IMG/VR virus record: IMGVR_UViG_3300013315_000010
Location: 1,407 to 65,406 of that record
Reading direction: 5' to 3' (one strand)
DNA from: a virus
Lineage: Duplodnaviria > Caudoviricetes
Length of the DNA: 64,000 nucleotides
The translations under genes and the position numbers were made by a program. Shown here one piece after another: positions 6,829-16,957 of this stretch. The notes under the pieces were generated by a model. That model worked only from the letters and a program-made list of their open reading frames with translations, ran no database searches and had not been told where the DNA came from. How positions within the stretch are numbered: the stretch's first letter is position 1; every line of letters starts with the position of its first letter.

Positions 6829-8553
6829 ATGGCAAATGATTTTTCAGGTGACAGTAATTGTGTTGCACTTTATAATCTTGAATCAGGCGCGTTAACCACA
6901 GACTCAAAGGGAAGCAATACTCTAACCGATGTTAACACGGTTGCTGCAAACACAACACAATATAAACAAGGCGCGGCTTCCGCTGATTTCGAGACATCAA
7001 GCACCGAACGTCTTTATAGAACTGATGCAAATCTAAGCACCGACTTCCCATTCAAGTCGGGGCAATCTAACAATTTAATGAGCGTCTGTTTTTGGGCGCA
7101 ATTTGAAGCAGTCACCACGGGAGCAACTTATCTTGTTTGCAAGTATGCTGCTTTGGATAATCAAAGATCCTGGGCAATAAAGCAATACAGTAGTGGGAAT
7201 ATTTTAGCGTCTTTTGGTTATGGCACTTCGTCCTATACTGATATTGAAGTACCTGATCTTGTCTGCAATGTTGGAGGATGGTATCACTTCGGGTTCACTT
7301 ATAATAATACTAATGGAGCTTATTGGCTTAGAGTATATGACGAAGACGCATATACAGTCTATGAATTAACTGGAACATTTGCTAACTATTCTACTTTCAC
7401 GGTTGGCGCGGCGGCATTCACTCTTGGTTCAAGAAGCGATGGTTCAGGCTATCATGACGGCGAACTTGATGAAGTAGTTGTCTTTAACGACATTTTAACC
7501 GCCGATGAAATCGATGATATTCGCAATGGTGTTTATGGTGCTGGATCAGCTGTGTCTGGTTCCATTGCTGAGTCTTTTGGCATCACAGATTCTATTGGCC
7601 GTACAGCAAGATTCGGGGCTGGGATCTCTGACGCACTTGTTATAACAGATACCCAAACCCCATTGGCATTATTGCTCGCCGGTATTTCGGATACCTTGGT
7701 ATTTGTAGATTCTCAATTAACAGGTGTTGCCCACTTTGTGGTAAGTATTGGGGATGTCTTTTCGGTTTCGGATCTTTCAGATAGTTCAAGACGTTTTTAC
7801 TCTGCTTCCAGTGATGTTTTAAGTTTGAGTGAAACGATTATTAAGTTGGCCCAAAGGCTTGGGAACATTTCCGACACTGATGTGTTAACAGATGCTCTGG
7901 CAACCCAGTTAGTTTATCTCTCCAGCATTTCTGATCCTATCCCTCTCATTGATGTTGTTGCTGGGTTTTTAGCTGGTACCCTCATCACAGGTCAAAGCAG
8001 TGACACACTCCCTTTGAACGATTCAATCGCTGTCTATGCCAACTTGTTGATCCAAGCTGTTTCCTACTTACAGATGTTCTGTGCGATTGGTGCTGTTGCT
8101 GATAAGCAAGCGTCTTTATCTGATTCGATGAGCTTGTCTGATGCTCTGTCCATAACAAGGGATCTGATTGGGCTTGCTTCTGATCCATTGGTACTTGGGG
8201 AACTTATTACCAGGTATTCACAAAAAAGTGGAGCAGTATCCGAGCAGTTATCTTTAACAGACTCCACTCCCGTCACAGTGAATTTGCACATTCAAGCCAG
8301 TGACACACTGCAGATCTTGGATACAGCCAACAAGGTTGCCTCCTTCCTCAAGAGTGTTACAGAACAGTTTAGCATCTCTGACTACACCATCGACATCTTT
8401 TCATTAAGAGACAGCCTTATTCTTCATTTTTCTGCCAACAAATTAAATTTTACCTTTGACATTGGGCTTGCCCCCACTACTGGGTTTGCAGCCCTCTCCA
8501 AGGAGAAGAGGTTCACAGCGACACCTCAAATCACAAAATTCACAATTAAGTAA
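6829..8553 (+). CDS. LamG/concanavalin-like domain fibre protein with repetitive shaft
   Basis: N-terminal LamG pattern (SVCFWAQF...WYHFGFTY...GELDEVVVFNDILTADEI) followed by many S-D-x-L-x-L/I-x-D repeats. Confidence 0.75.
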   Translation: MANDFSGDSNCVALYNLESGALTTDSKGSNTLTDVNTVAANTTQYKQGAASADFETSSTERLYRTDANLSTDFPFKSGQSNNLMSVCFWAQFEAVTTGATYLVCKYAALDNQRSWAIKQYSSGNILASFGYGTSSYTDIEVPDLVCNVGGWYHFGFTYNNTNGAYWLRVYDEDAYTVYELTGTFANYSTFTVGAAAFTLGSRSDGSGYHDGELDEVVVFNDILTADEIDDIRNGVYGAGSAVSGSIAESFGITDSIGRTARFGAGISDALVITDTQTPLALLLAGISDTLVFVDSQLTGVAHFVVSIGDVFSVSDLSDSSRRFYSASSDVLSLSETIIKLAQRLGNISDTDVLTDALATQLVYLSSISDPIPLIDVVAGFLAGTLITGQSSDTLPLNDSIAVYANLLIQAVSYLQMFCAIGAVADKQASLSDSMSLSDALSITRDLIGLASDPLVLGELITRYSQKSGAVSEQLSLTDSTPVTVNLHIQASDTLQILDTANKVASFLKSVTEQFSISDYTIDIFSLRDSLILHFSANKLNFTFDIGLAPTTGFAALSKEKRFTATPQITKFTIK

Positions 8554-8562
8554 AGGGATGCA

Positions 8563-9045
8563 ATGAACGATCTAATCAAACTTAAAGGAAAGTACCACTT
8601 TGTTTGCCGGGATAAAAACGGCAACGTCAAGTGGGAGGACGATGCAGAGAACACTATTGTCACAGAGGGTAAGAACCACATCCTTGGGGATGTATTTCAT
8701 CAGGTAAGCCAGATCACTATCTGGTATATCGGCTTAAAAAACGCCGGGTCTGCCGCCGCTGGTGACACACTGGCATCTCATGCAGGTTGGACAGAAAATG
8801 CCAACTACACAGGTACCCGCAAAGAGTGGACAGAAGGAGCTGCTTCTTCAGGGTCAATAACCAACTCAGCTGCGGTTGACTTTGCGATCAATGCCGATTT
8901 TCAAACTATCGCAGGAGCTTTTCTTTGCTCGGCAACATCAGGCACCACGGGAACATTGATGAGTGTTGCCGACTTTTCTGGTGGGTCAAAGTCTGTGGAT
9001 AACGGGGACACACTCTCAATTACCTACACTTTATCCTTCTCGTAA
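8563..9045 (+). CDS. conserved phage fibre-associated structural protein
   Basis: NTIVTEGKNHIL...WYIGL...IAGAFL...GTLMSVADF...GDTLSITYT pattern, commonly found beside LamG fibres. Confidence 0.6.
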   Translation: MNDLIKLKGKYHFVCRDKNGNVKWEDDAENTIVTEGKNHILGDVFHQVSQITIWYIGLKNAGSAAAGDTLASHAGWTENANYTGTRKEWTEGAASSGSITNSAAVDFAINADFQTIAGAFLCSATSGTTGTLMSVADFSGGSKSVDNGDTLSITYTLSFS

Positions 9046-9058
9046 CAAGGAACTTTAG

Positions 9059-9421
9059 ATGGCTGATTTTAATGAGGGAAGAATCGAAATACGGTACAAC
9101 GCGGATAACTGGGGTCCGTATGAATTCGATTTTGAGGGCTTTCTTCCAGAAAGTGATTCAATCTCAGCGGTTACTATCCGATCATTTGTTGGGAACTTAA
9201 AACCATCCAGTGACATGACCGATTTTGTTGAGATCCCTGCAGACCTTACCGGGTTGATTGACACAACTAAACCCCCAGTTATCTCCGTGACTTCTGTCCT
9301 GGTGTACTTTCGATACCCAGGCAGCACATACAAAGGGGAGAAGGTAACACTGGTTTTTCAAATTACAACAGAAGTCGGTGCCGTTCACGCGGCGTACTTT
9401 CAGTATGTGTACATTCAATAA
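9059..9421 (+). CDS. putative fibre adaptor protein
   Basis: 120-aa beta-rich ORF in the fibre module, with RBS. Confidence 0.5.
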   Translation: MADFNEGRIEIRYNADNWGPYEFDFEGFLPESDSISAVTIRSFVGNLKPSSDMTDFVEIPADLTGLIDTTKPPVISVTSVLVYFRYPGSTYKGEKVTLVFQITTEVGAVHAAYFQYVYIQ

Positions 9422-9486
9422 CTTTACCCGGCACTGCGGGATACCGCTTGGTGCCACTAATACAACTTCATAGGAGAAAATAAAAC

Positions 9487-9696
9487 ATGGCATTGAGTGC
9501 AGCAGTCCTGAAGGATCTGAAGGACAACATTCGGAACATTCCGGATCTGACAACCCAGATGGCTTTGTTTAAACTGATTGAGGCCATCTCGACAAATATG
9601 GGAGCAGTTCCCATTGCAGACGGCACAATCAACACAGCAACACACCCCAATCTTACCACAGTCAATGGGATTATCACTGCCAAGGCAGCAGCGTAA
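9487..9696 (+). CDS. hypothetical protein
   Basis: 69-aa ORF preceded by AGGAG. Confidence 0.65.
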   Translation: MALSAAVLKDLKDNIRNIPDLTTQMALFKLIEAISTNMGAVPIADGTINTATHPNLTTVNGIITAKAAA

Positions 9697-9719
9697 TCTA
9701 TGAAAGGAGTTTTTAAAAT

Positions 9720-10202
9720 ATGGAACATTTAATTCCCAGTATGCCCGTTGTTGAGGTCCTTGAGGGCATGAGAAATGTGGCTCTTACCTCGGGTGGGATT
9801 GCCATTGATGCAACACCTGCAGACATCGAGACTGCAAACACAATTGTTTATACGATTCAGGGGCAGTTTTACAGTAAAGTGGCTATTACCGCTATTGACC
9901 TGAGTGCTTCGGCAATTGCTGGTACGATCATCCCCGACAATTATAAGGCAGCTATGCTCCTATTGCTCGACGCTGCTGGAAACCCTGTCATGAAAATCTC
10001 GGCCAATGTGCTGATCGCGGACAAGATCACCATCCCTGCTTTTGACCTTAACACTTATACTTGTGTCGGCGCGGTTATGGTAGCCAATGATTCTGGCTCC
10101 AATTTTGTCGTTGGCACAACTTCTCTGGCCACAGCGAATGTTACAGATACATACATCAATGTGTTCAATGCCCTCCCTGGTGAAATCCCTGCGTGGGGTT
10201 AA
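9720..10202 (+). CDS. putative capsid decoration/cement protein
   Basis: 160 aa, Ala/Thr/Ile-rich, RBS AAGGAG; GIAI...TANTIVYTIQGQFYSK pattern. Confidence 0.45.
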   Translation: MEHLIPSMPVVEVLEGMRNVALTSGGIAIDATPADIETANTIVYTIQGQFYSKVAITAIDLSASAIAGTIIPDNYKAAMLLLLDAAGNPVMKISANVLIADKITIPAFDLNTYTCVGAVMVANDSGSNFVVGTTSLATANVTDTYINVFNALPGEIPAWG

Positions 10203-10244
10203 CCTATATGGTGACGGGGGATTCGTCCCCCGTCCACTTATCTT

Positions 10245-10676
10245 ATGACTGAAGAATGGACAATACCAGGGGCACCTACTCCTACTCGACCAAAACCACC
10301 GAAGCAAAAACCCAAACAAGAAAAATCTCCCGATTGGAGAAAGGGCATTTCCAAAGAACGGAAGGCTCGTTTTCTTCTTAATCTTCTTAAGGAAGAGCAC
10401 AACTTTGATCTTGTTGGTGAGATCATAAAAACGTACCGGGAAATTCAAACCCTGGCAGATGATGAAGTTCGCTTGCAACTCACAAGGTCAGTTCAAAAGG
10501 ATCTTATGAAGTATTGCTTCCCCACCTTGAAGTCCACCGAGACTCGTAAAGAGATGGAACAGACACTCATCAATTTCAATATTCCTCTGCTTCCTGCACA
10601 CATGATGGGGGCACAATCTATTCCGGAATTTGATCCAGATATGCAAGATGCAGAAATAGTAGAAGATGAAGATTGA
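10245..10676 (+). CDS. terS: putative terminase small subunit
   Basis: Directly upstream of and overlapping terL; helical, with KDLMKYCFPTLKSTE motif. Confidence 0.65.
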   Translation: MTEEWTIPGAPTPTRPKPPKQKPKQEKSPDWRKGISKERKARFLLNLLKEEHNFDLVGEIIKTYREIQTLADDEVRLQLTRSVQKDLMKYCFPTLKSTETRKEMEQTLINFNIPLLPAHMMGAQSIPEFDPDMQDAEIVEDED

Positions 10677-12120
10677 TTATACTGCAAACAACACATTTGC
10701 AAAAGTTCATCGTGATGCCAATCCTTACCTTTTCATACGCGGTCCAGTGGGTTCCGGCAAGTCCTCCGGGTGCATCATGCACCTGTTTATGAATGCAATG
10801 CTACAGCAGCCCGACCAGCGAAATATTCGCAGGAGCAGGTATGCTGTTATCCGTTCAACTTACCCTGCGTTGAAAACAACAGTTGTCAAGTCATGGAAAG
10901 ACTGGTTTGAGGATCGGATCAAAATTGTGTTCGATGTTCCTATTCGTGGCAACATTGAAATGGAACTGCCCGATGGAACCTCCATGGATATGGAGATTAT
11001 TTTTATAGCACTTGACCGTGAGGATAATATCAACAAACTCCAATCGCTGGAGTTAACAGGGGCACACATTAATGAAGCTGCAGAGATTGCCAAACCAATC
11101 TTTGATATGCTTAAAACACGCATCCGGCGATACCCTTCCTCCAAGAACGGAGGGCCAACTCACTCCTTTATCATCCTTGATTACAACTCAGTTGGGATCG
11201 ACCATTGGTTATATAAATTCGCTGAAGAAGAAAAGCCCATCAAACACAGCTTCTACAGCCAGCCTCCTGCTCTTCTTTGGAATGGTTCAGAGTATGTTAT
11301 AAACCCTGACGCTGATAACCTGGGTCACTATGACTCCGATATGAAATGGGTCAAGCACCTGGAGCCAGATTATTATTTGGACATGGTTGCAGGTAATGAT
11401 GATGACTTTGTCAGCGTGTATGTTCTGAACAACTACGGGAGTCTGCGCCAGGGTCGTCCGGTCTATAAAGCGTATGAGGATAAATACCATGCAACCAGTA
11501 GCATTATCAAACCGTATGATGGTTTGCCTCTTATCATCGGGATGGACTGTGGGCTTACCCCAGCTGCTGCTTTTTGTCAGCTGTCTCCTATTGGACAACT
11601 TATTGTTTTCGATGAGCTGGTAACTGAAAACACCAGCATTCAAGAGTTCGCCAACGACCACTTGTGGTCAATGATACACAACAAGTACCGCAAGTTCTCA
11701 TTCGAGGTCATCGTTGACCCCGCTGCTCGCACTCGTTCCCAGAACGATAAGCGCAGTGCTATGGAACTTCTAATCTCAGCCGGGATTCCTGTTCGTATTG
11801 CCAAGACCAATGAGTCCTTGGCCCGGCGTGAGGCAGTAAACTTTTTCTTGCGGAAACGAGATGGGCTATTAATCTCAGGCACTAATTGTCCTGTCATCCG
11901 AAAAGGGTTCATCAGTGAGTACAAGTTCGCCAAAGTATCACAGTCTGATGCGTTCTCAACTCGGTTCAAGGAAAAACCTGAAAAGAACATTTACAGCCAC
12001 GTTCACGATGCCCTTCAATATGCAGCAGTAGAACTTTCCGAGGGCCGCACTCTCAGAAATAAAAAGTCAAAGCACCATGCAACACACACAAGCCCAGCTG
12101 ATAGTTCCAGCGGGTATTAG
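10666..12120 (+). CDS. terL: terminase large subunit
   Basis: Walker A GPVGSGKS, LQSLELTGAHINEA Walker B region, nuclease motif IIGMDCGLTP ... HVHDALQY. Confidence 0.95.
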   Translation: MKIDYTANNTFAKVHRDANPYLFIRGPVGSGKSSGCIMHLFMNAMLQQPDQRNIRRSRYAVIRSTYPALKTTVVKSWKDWFEDRIKIVFDVPIRGNIEMELPDGTSMDMEIIFIALDREDNINKLQSLELTGAHINEAAEIAKPIFDMLKTRIRRYPSSKNGGPTHSFIILDYNSVGIDHWLYKFAEEEKPIKHSFYSQPPALLWNGSEYVINPDADNLGHYDSDMKWVKHLEPDYYLDMVAGNDDDFVSVYVLNNYGSLRQGRPVYKAYEDKYHATSSIIKPYDGLPLIIGMDCGLTPAAAFCQLSPIGQLIVFDELVTENTSIQEFANDHLWSMIHNKYRKFSFEVIVDPAARTRSQNDKRSAMELLISAGIPVRIAKTNESLARREAVNFFLRKRDGLLISGTNCPVIRKGFISEYKFAKVSQSDAFSTRFKEKPEKNIYSHVHDALQYAAVELSEGRTLRNKKSKHHATHTSPADSSSGY

Positions 12121-12128
12121 GATAATTA

Positions 12129-14186
12129 ATGGATCAAAAACAAGCCGAACAACAGGTGCAACAGCACTTGGATAAGATCATGAGTAAGGATTACTCTGAA
12201 GTCACCGACACAGATCTTACCCCATACCAGTCAGAACTTGGAAGGGTTCTTCGTTCCCTCTTTGAAGAAGCTGAGCGGGACAGATTAGAATTGGAAGATG
12301 AGTGGATCAAGGATCTCCGTCAGTTCAAGGGCAAGTATGACCCTGATGTCGAAGCAAAGTTCCACCCCAAACGGTCCAAAGCCAACTTAAGCATCACCCG
12401 AACGAAGGTCCGGACGGTCAGTGCCAGGGTGTGTGACATTCTTTTCCCGGCAAACGGCGATCGCAACTGGTCAATATCACCTTCCCCCGTTCCTGAGCTT
12501 GATCCGATGTTGATGCAAAACATTGCAAGCCAGATCGCTGAGATAACCGGTCAGGTTCCCACAGAGCCCGAGATCCGGAACATCGTTTATGATGAGGCCA
12601 AGAAAAGATCAGAGGCCATGCAGCGGGAAATTGAAGACCAGCTCAACGAGGTCAAGTACCGTGAGGTCATCCGGCAGGTTGTTCACAGTGGCAACCTTTA
12701 TGGAACCGGGGTGCTCAAAGGACCTTTGGTCAAACAAAATGTTAGCAAACGTTGGGTAAGTTCTGGCAATGGTGAGTGGTCAATCATTCAGATCAATTCA
12801 CTCTCTCCTTATTGTGAGTTTGTGCCCCTCTGGGACATCTATCCTGACATGAGCATGCCGGATATTGATAACGCCCAGTTCATTTTTCAACGGCATGTAA
12901 TGCCCCGGCACAAGTTGATTACCTTGGGCACTCGTCCCGGGTTCAATAAAGAAGCGATTCGAGCCTTCGTCAAGGCCAACAAGGATGGCGATAGCCAGGT
13001 AAAAACCCACGAGAACAATCTTACAGATCTTTCCCAGGATGGGGTCACTAAAACCTCAACAGTGGCATCCCGCTCAAATAAGTATGATGTGTTAGAGTTT
13101 TGGGGCTACTTGAGTGCTGATCAATTGATCGAGCAAGGGGTTGAGATGGATGAGTCTCTGCGAGGCTCTGAGGTCGCAGCAAATGTTTGGATTGTTGGGG
13201 ATGTTGTTATCAAGGCCGTCTTAAGTCCAATTGAGGGAGTTAACTTCCCCTATTATTTTTATTACTTTGAAAAGGATGAGACCTCAGTATTCGGTGAGGG
13301 TATCCCCCGAATCATGAGAGACCCTCAAAAGCTTTTCAATGCCGCAGTAAGGGCTCTACTCGACAACGCGGCGAATTCAGCTGGTCCTTACATTGAGGCC
13401 AATACGGAGCTATTAGCTCCAGATGAAGATCCAACAGATCTTTACCCCTTCCGGGTTTTCCAGCGCCACGGTACAGGTGTTGAGGCCCAGGCAAAGGCTA
13501 TCAATGTTTATGACATCCCCTCTCACACCGGGGAATTTCTGACCATGGTTGAGTTTTTCCTCAACGCGGCAGATGAAATCACCACAGTTCCCCGCTACAT
13601 GTACGGGGATACAAACCAGATCCAGGGTGCCGGTCGTACAGCCACCGGTCTGAGCATGCTAATGGGTGCGGCCAATATCACCATCAAGGATCAGATCAAG
13701 AACTTTGATGATGGTATCACCAAACCCTTTATCAAGTCGATGTACTTTTGGAACATGGACTTCAATCCCAAGATTGACATCAAGGGTGACTTCAGCATCA
13801 AGGCTGAAGGGACCTCTTCGTTGGTCGCCAAAGAAGTGTTAACCGAGCAACTGATGAACTGGTTGAACATCACCAATAATCCTGTCGATATTCAATTTAC
13901 AAATCGTGACGTTGCCCTGCGTGAAGCTGCCAAGTCTATGGATCTTGGTGTGTACAATTTAGTCAAAGGTGGGGATCAAATCAAGTTTGAACAGGAACGT
14001 CAGACTCAAGCGGTTAATAGCGAGCGGCAACAGCTCATGGAAATCGAGCGCTTGAAGGCAATGTCGAGTGGTCATGTTGATAACACAGGTCAATCAAACC
14101 GTCCCACCATGGAACAAGTTCCACTTGATCAAGTGGCACAAGGAAAGATCCCGGAAGTAAGCACACCAGATGGACAAACTTTGTAA
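12129..14186 (+). CDS. portal protein
   Basis: 685 aa after terL; P22-like podoviral portal pattern (GNLYGTGVLKGP, WDIYPD, FGEGIPRIMRDPQ, TATGLSMLMGAA). Confidence 0.9.
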   Translation: MDQKQAEQQVQQHLDKIMSKDYSEVTDTDLTPYQSELGRVLRSLFEEAERDRLELEDEWIKDLRQFKGKYDPDVEAKFHPKRSKANLSITRTKVRTVSARVCDILFPANGDRNWSISPSPVPELDPMLMQNIASQIAEITGQVPTEPEIRNIVYDEAKKRSEAMQREIEDQLNEVKYREVIRQVVHSGNLYGTGVLKGPLVKQNVSKRWVSSGNGEWSIIQINSLSPYCEFVPLWDIYPDMSMPDIDNAQFIFQRHVMPRHKLITLGTRPGFNKEAIRAFVKANKDGDSQVKTHENNLTDLSQDGVTKTSTVASRSNKYDVLEFWGYLSADQLIEQGVEMDESLRGSEVAANVWIVGDVVIKAVLSPIEGVNFPYYFYYFEKDETSVFGEGIPRIMRDPQKLFNAAVRALLDNAANSAGPYIEANTELLAPDEDPTDLYPFRVFQRHGTGVEAQAKAINVYDIPSHTGEFLTMVEFFLNAADEITTVPRYMYGDTNQIQGAGRTATGLSMLMGAANITIKDQIKNFDDGITKPFIKSMYFWNMDFNPKIDIKGDFSIKAEGTSSLVAKEVLTEQLMNWLNITNNPVDIQFTNRDVALREAAKSMDLGVYNLVKGGDQIKFEQERQTQAVNSERQQLMEIERLKAMSSGHVDNTGQSNRPTMEQVPLDQVAQGKIPEVSTPDGQTL

Positions 14187-14409
14187 CGAAATCCGACAAT
14201 ACTACGGCAGCTCTGATCTGTACTTAAAATTTATCACCTTGTTTGAGCAACGCTTAGACAGGTTAAGGGAGCAGAATGATGCTGCTCCCCAGGAAGAGGT
14301 GGCTAAAAACCAAGGGGCTATCAGAGAGCTTAAATGGTTTTTAAGTCATCTTACTTCCAAATCACATCCACGGGATACCAGTGTTACTGGCCCCACAATT
14401 AATATTTAG
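14170..14409 (+). CDS. small conserved head-assembly-region protein
   Basis: 79 aa between portal and scaffold (LREQND...NQGAIREL). Confidence 0.65.
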   Translation: MDKLCNEIRQYYGSSDLYLKFITLFEQRLDRLREQNDAAPQEEVAKNQGAIRELKWFLSHLTSKSHPRDTSVTGPTINI

Positions 14410-14417
14410 GAGTGTTT

Positions 14418-15314
14418 GTGGAACAAGCAAAAGAGAAAGAAGTGACTCCTGAAGAGGAGTTCGAGCAAGCCTTCGCTGAAGTAACCGGCGAAGAAGAACA
14501 TGAAGAGCAAGAAAAAAAGAGTACCGAGGAAGTCCCTCAATCTGAGGATGAGCAAAACTCTGAAGATGCCCCTGAAGGTGATCCCACCGATGAGGAAAGC
14601 GGTTCAGAGCAAGCTGATGATCCGAGTGGTGAGACAGACTACAAAACTCTGTACGAGAAGGAAGCTCAACGAACAAAGTCTTGGGAAGGCCGAATCAAAG
14701 CAGCCAATAAACGGGCAGAAGAAGCTGAGAGAAAGGCCAAAGAATTGGAAGCTGGAAAATCTGTTGCGGAAAAGGCAGTATCTGCCCCCGCACAAGCAGC
14801 TGAAGATGAGGATCTCAAGAACTTTTTTGCTGACTATCCAGAGCTTGAAAAACCCTTCAACAAACTTGTTACATTGAAGGGGGAAGCTATCGCTCGAAAA
14901 ATCGTGCAAGAAGAAATCCAGAAAATCGCACCTCAGATCACAGCCATTAAAGTAACTCAAGAGTCAGAGATAGAGCGTCAGCACTTTAGTGCTATCGAAA
15001 CCGCTCATCCGGACTATAAAGGGATTGTGGAAAGAGGAGAGTTAGATTCCTGGATTCAAACACAGCCTTCTTTCATTCGTAACGCAATGATTGCAGTTAC
15101 ACAAAAAGGCTCCACAGAGGAAGTTATTGAGTTGTTCGATAACTTCAAAAAGTCCAACCATAAAAAGAATCCTACCCCACCCTCCTCACAAAATCCCAAA
15201 TCAAAGAAAGCAGAAGATCTCGCTGCTGTCCCCGCATCGCGGAGACCAATTCCCAAAGGGAAGAGCAACGATGATTATGACTCTGCTTGGGAGGAGGCAG
15301 TGAGTAGAAAATAG
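14418..15314 (+). CDS. capsid scaffolding protein
   Basis: Acidic N-terminus, coiled coil, HPDY motif; directly upstream of MCP. GTG at 14418 fits the RBS AGGAG. Confidence 0.8.
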   Translation: MEQAKEKEVTPEEEFEQAFAEVTGEEEHEEQEKKSTEEVPQSEDEQNSEDAPEGDPTDEESGSEQADDPSGETDYKTLYEKEAQRTKSWEGRIKAANKRAEEAERKAKELEAGKSVAEKAVSAPAQAAEDEDLKNFFADYPELEKPFNKLVTLKGEAIARKIVQEEIQKIAPQITAIKVTQESEIERQHFSAIETAHPDYKGIVERGELDSWIQTQPSFIRNAMIAVTQKGSTEEVIELFDNFKKSNHKKNPTPPSSQNPKSKKAEDLAAVPASRRPIPKGKSNDDYDSAWEEAVSRK

Positions 15315-15327
15315 GAGTTAGTTTCTT

Positions 15328-16425
15328 ATGAATACCTATACAGCACTTAGTCCTCGCACAACCGCCTTCGTCGTCAAAGACCTCTTGGAACGAGGTTTCC
15401 CGTACCTGGTTTTTGAAAAGTTTGGCATGACCAAACCCCTGCCGAGCAAATCCACCAAAACCATGAAGTGGAGACGGTACTTCCTGTCCCCGGCATCCTT
15501 CACCAACAGTGTCTACAATCCGTATGAGTACTACGAGAACAACAATGGTACCAACGAGCTGTTTGACGTAACCACTGTTGCCGGTGTTGGTCAAGACGGT
15601 GGACGCAAGTTGACCGAAGGTGTCACCCCCCAGGCGATCGACCTTGATAGCTTGGACATTGAGGTGTCCATCGATCAGTTCGGTGCCTACACCGAAATCA
15701 CTGACCAGATCCAGGACCTTCACGAAGATTCGATCCTCCAGGAGTCCATTGACATCCTTGGTGAAACTGGTGCGTTTCTGGCCGAGCGCGTTCGTTACAA
15801 CGCCCTAAAGGGTGGTTCTAACGTGTACTACGCAACCGACGATGCCACTCCTGCCCGTGACAAGGTCAATCAGCCTATCTCGTTGACCCTGCAGCGCAAC
15901 ATCGTGCGCGGTCTGAAACGGAACCTTGGCAAGCCAATCACCAAAGTCGTGAAGAGCAACGCCAATTATGGTACCGAATCCATTGCCCCCTCTTATGTGG
16001 GCGTGTGTCATACCGATGTGGAGTCCGACATCCGCAGCATGGACGGTTTCGTCCCCGCTGAAAAGTACGGCGCAGGGGTAGCCTGGGAAGGCGAGATCGG
16101 AAAAGTGGAGAGCGTTCGGTACGTTCTGTCCACTGTCGTTTCCAGCCTGGGTGAAGTTGGTCACACCACTGTTCCGGCTACCTTGATCGGAACAGACTAT
16201 GTCAACGTGTACCCCATCCTTTACTTTGCCGCGAATGCCTACGCACTCGTGCCTCTAAAGGGTAAAAACGCCATCACCCCGATGGTGCTTAACCCGAACG
16301 TTCCCCGTGGTGGAGACCCCTTGGGTCAACGTGGTTCGGTCGGTATCAAGTTTTACCACGCTTGTGTCATCCTTCATGACTTTTGGATGGCCCGTGCTGA
16401 AGTTGGTGTTAGCAAACTTAGCTAA
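15328..16425 (+). CDS. major capsid protein, N4 gp56 family
   Basis: KTMKWRRY, EGVTP, QFGAYTEITD, GEIGKVESVRYV and DPLGQRGSVGIKFY motifs. Confidence 0.92.
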   Translation: MNTYTALSPRTTAFVVKDLLERGFPYLVFEKFGMTKPLPSKSTKTMKWRRYFLSPASFTNSVYNPYEYYENNNGTNELFDVTTVAGVGQDGGRKLTEGVTPQAIDLDSLDIEVSIDQFGAYTEITDQIQDLHEDSILQESIDILGETGAFLAERVRYNALKGGSNVYYATDDATPARDKVNQPISLTLQRNIVRGLKRNLGKPITKVVKSNANYGTESIAPSYVGVCHTDVESDIRSMDGFVPAEKYGAGVAWEGEIGKVESVRYVLSTVVSSLGEVGHTTVPATLIGTDYVNVYPILYFAANAYALVPLKGKNAITPMVLNPNVPRGGDPLGQRGSVGIKFYHACVILHDFWMARAEVGVSKLS

Positions 16426-16434
16426 CTAAAAGCT

Positions 16435-16465
16435 GGGAGGGGGGTCACACCCCCTCCCCTTGTCT
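16435..16465 (+). terminator. terminator after MCP
   Basis: GGGAGGGGGG-TCACA-CCCCCTCCC hairpin followed by TTGTCTT. Confidence 0.65.
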
Positions 16466-16490
16466 TATAAACTAAACAAAGGATTTATTT

Positions 16491-16955
16491 GTGTCTGAAG
16501 TAAAACTCACCAAGCAAGACTATTGGAAATTAAAGAAAGATGACCTGATCGCTATTCTCGTTGAAAAAAAGATTCCGTTTGACCCAGACAATATGGACCG
16601 CAAGGCTGCCATTGAAGCTTTGGTTCATGCCGAGGCCGAGGCTGGTGATTTACAAGGAGCTGTCGAAATTGACACCGAAGGCAACGTTGGCAAGCCTAAA
16701 GTGAAACGGGAATATGTTGACATTGTGTTCCACAACCAAGACGGCCAACCCAAGTATGTGTTTCTCGGTATCAATGGCAGGTTTCTATATCTTCCCCGAG
16801 AGTGTGCCGTTCGGATGCCAGCAGAGTTCATGGAAGTTGTTCGTAACGCTTATGTTGATAAGCCTGTGCAGTTTGAAGTCAATGGCAAGCTCGTCTATCG
16901 AGACGTTCGTACACCTCGGTTTGTCTATGAGGTTTTAGGTAAGGGAGTTATCTAA
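16491..16955 (+). CDS. hypothetical protein (N-terminal HeH/Rho-N-like helix pair)
   Basis: 154 aa, GTG start with RBS AAGGA. Confidence 0.7.
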   Translation: MSEVKLTKQDYWKLKKDDLIAILVEKKIPFDPDNMDRKAAIEALVHAEAEAGDLQGAVEIDTEGNVGKPKVKREYVDIVFHNQDGQPKYVFLGINGRFLYLPRECAVRMPAEFMEVVRNAYVDKPVQFEVNGKLVYRDVRTPRFVYEVLGKGVI

Positions 16956-16957
16956 AA

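Noticed and set aside
6829-8553. Internal repeats as a mobile or DNA-level repeat system
   Set aside because: The repeats exist only at the protein level (SDxLxLxD fibre shaft) and are degenerate in the DNA.
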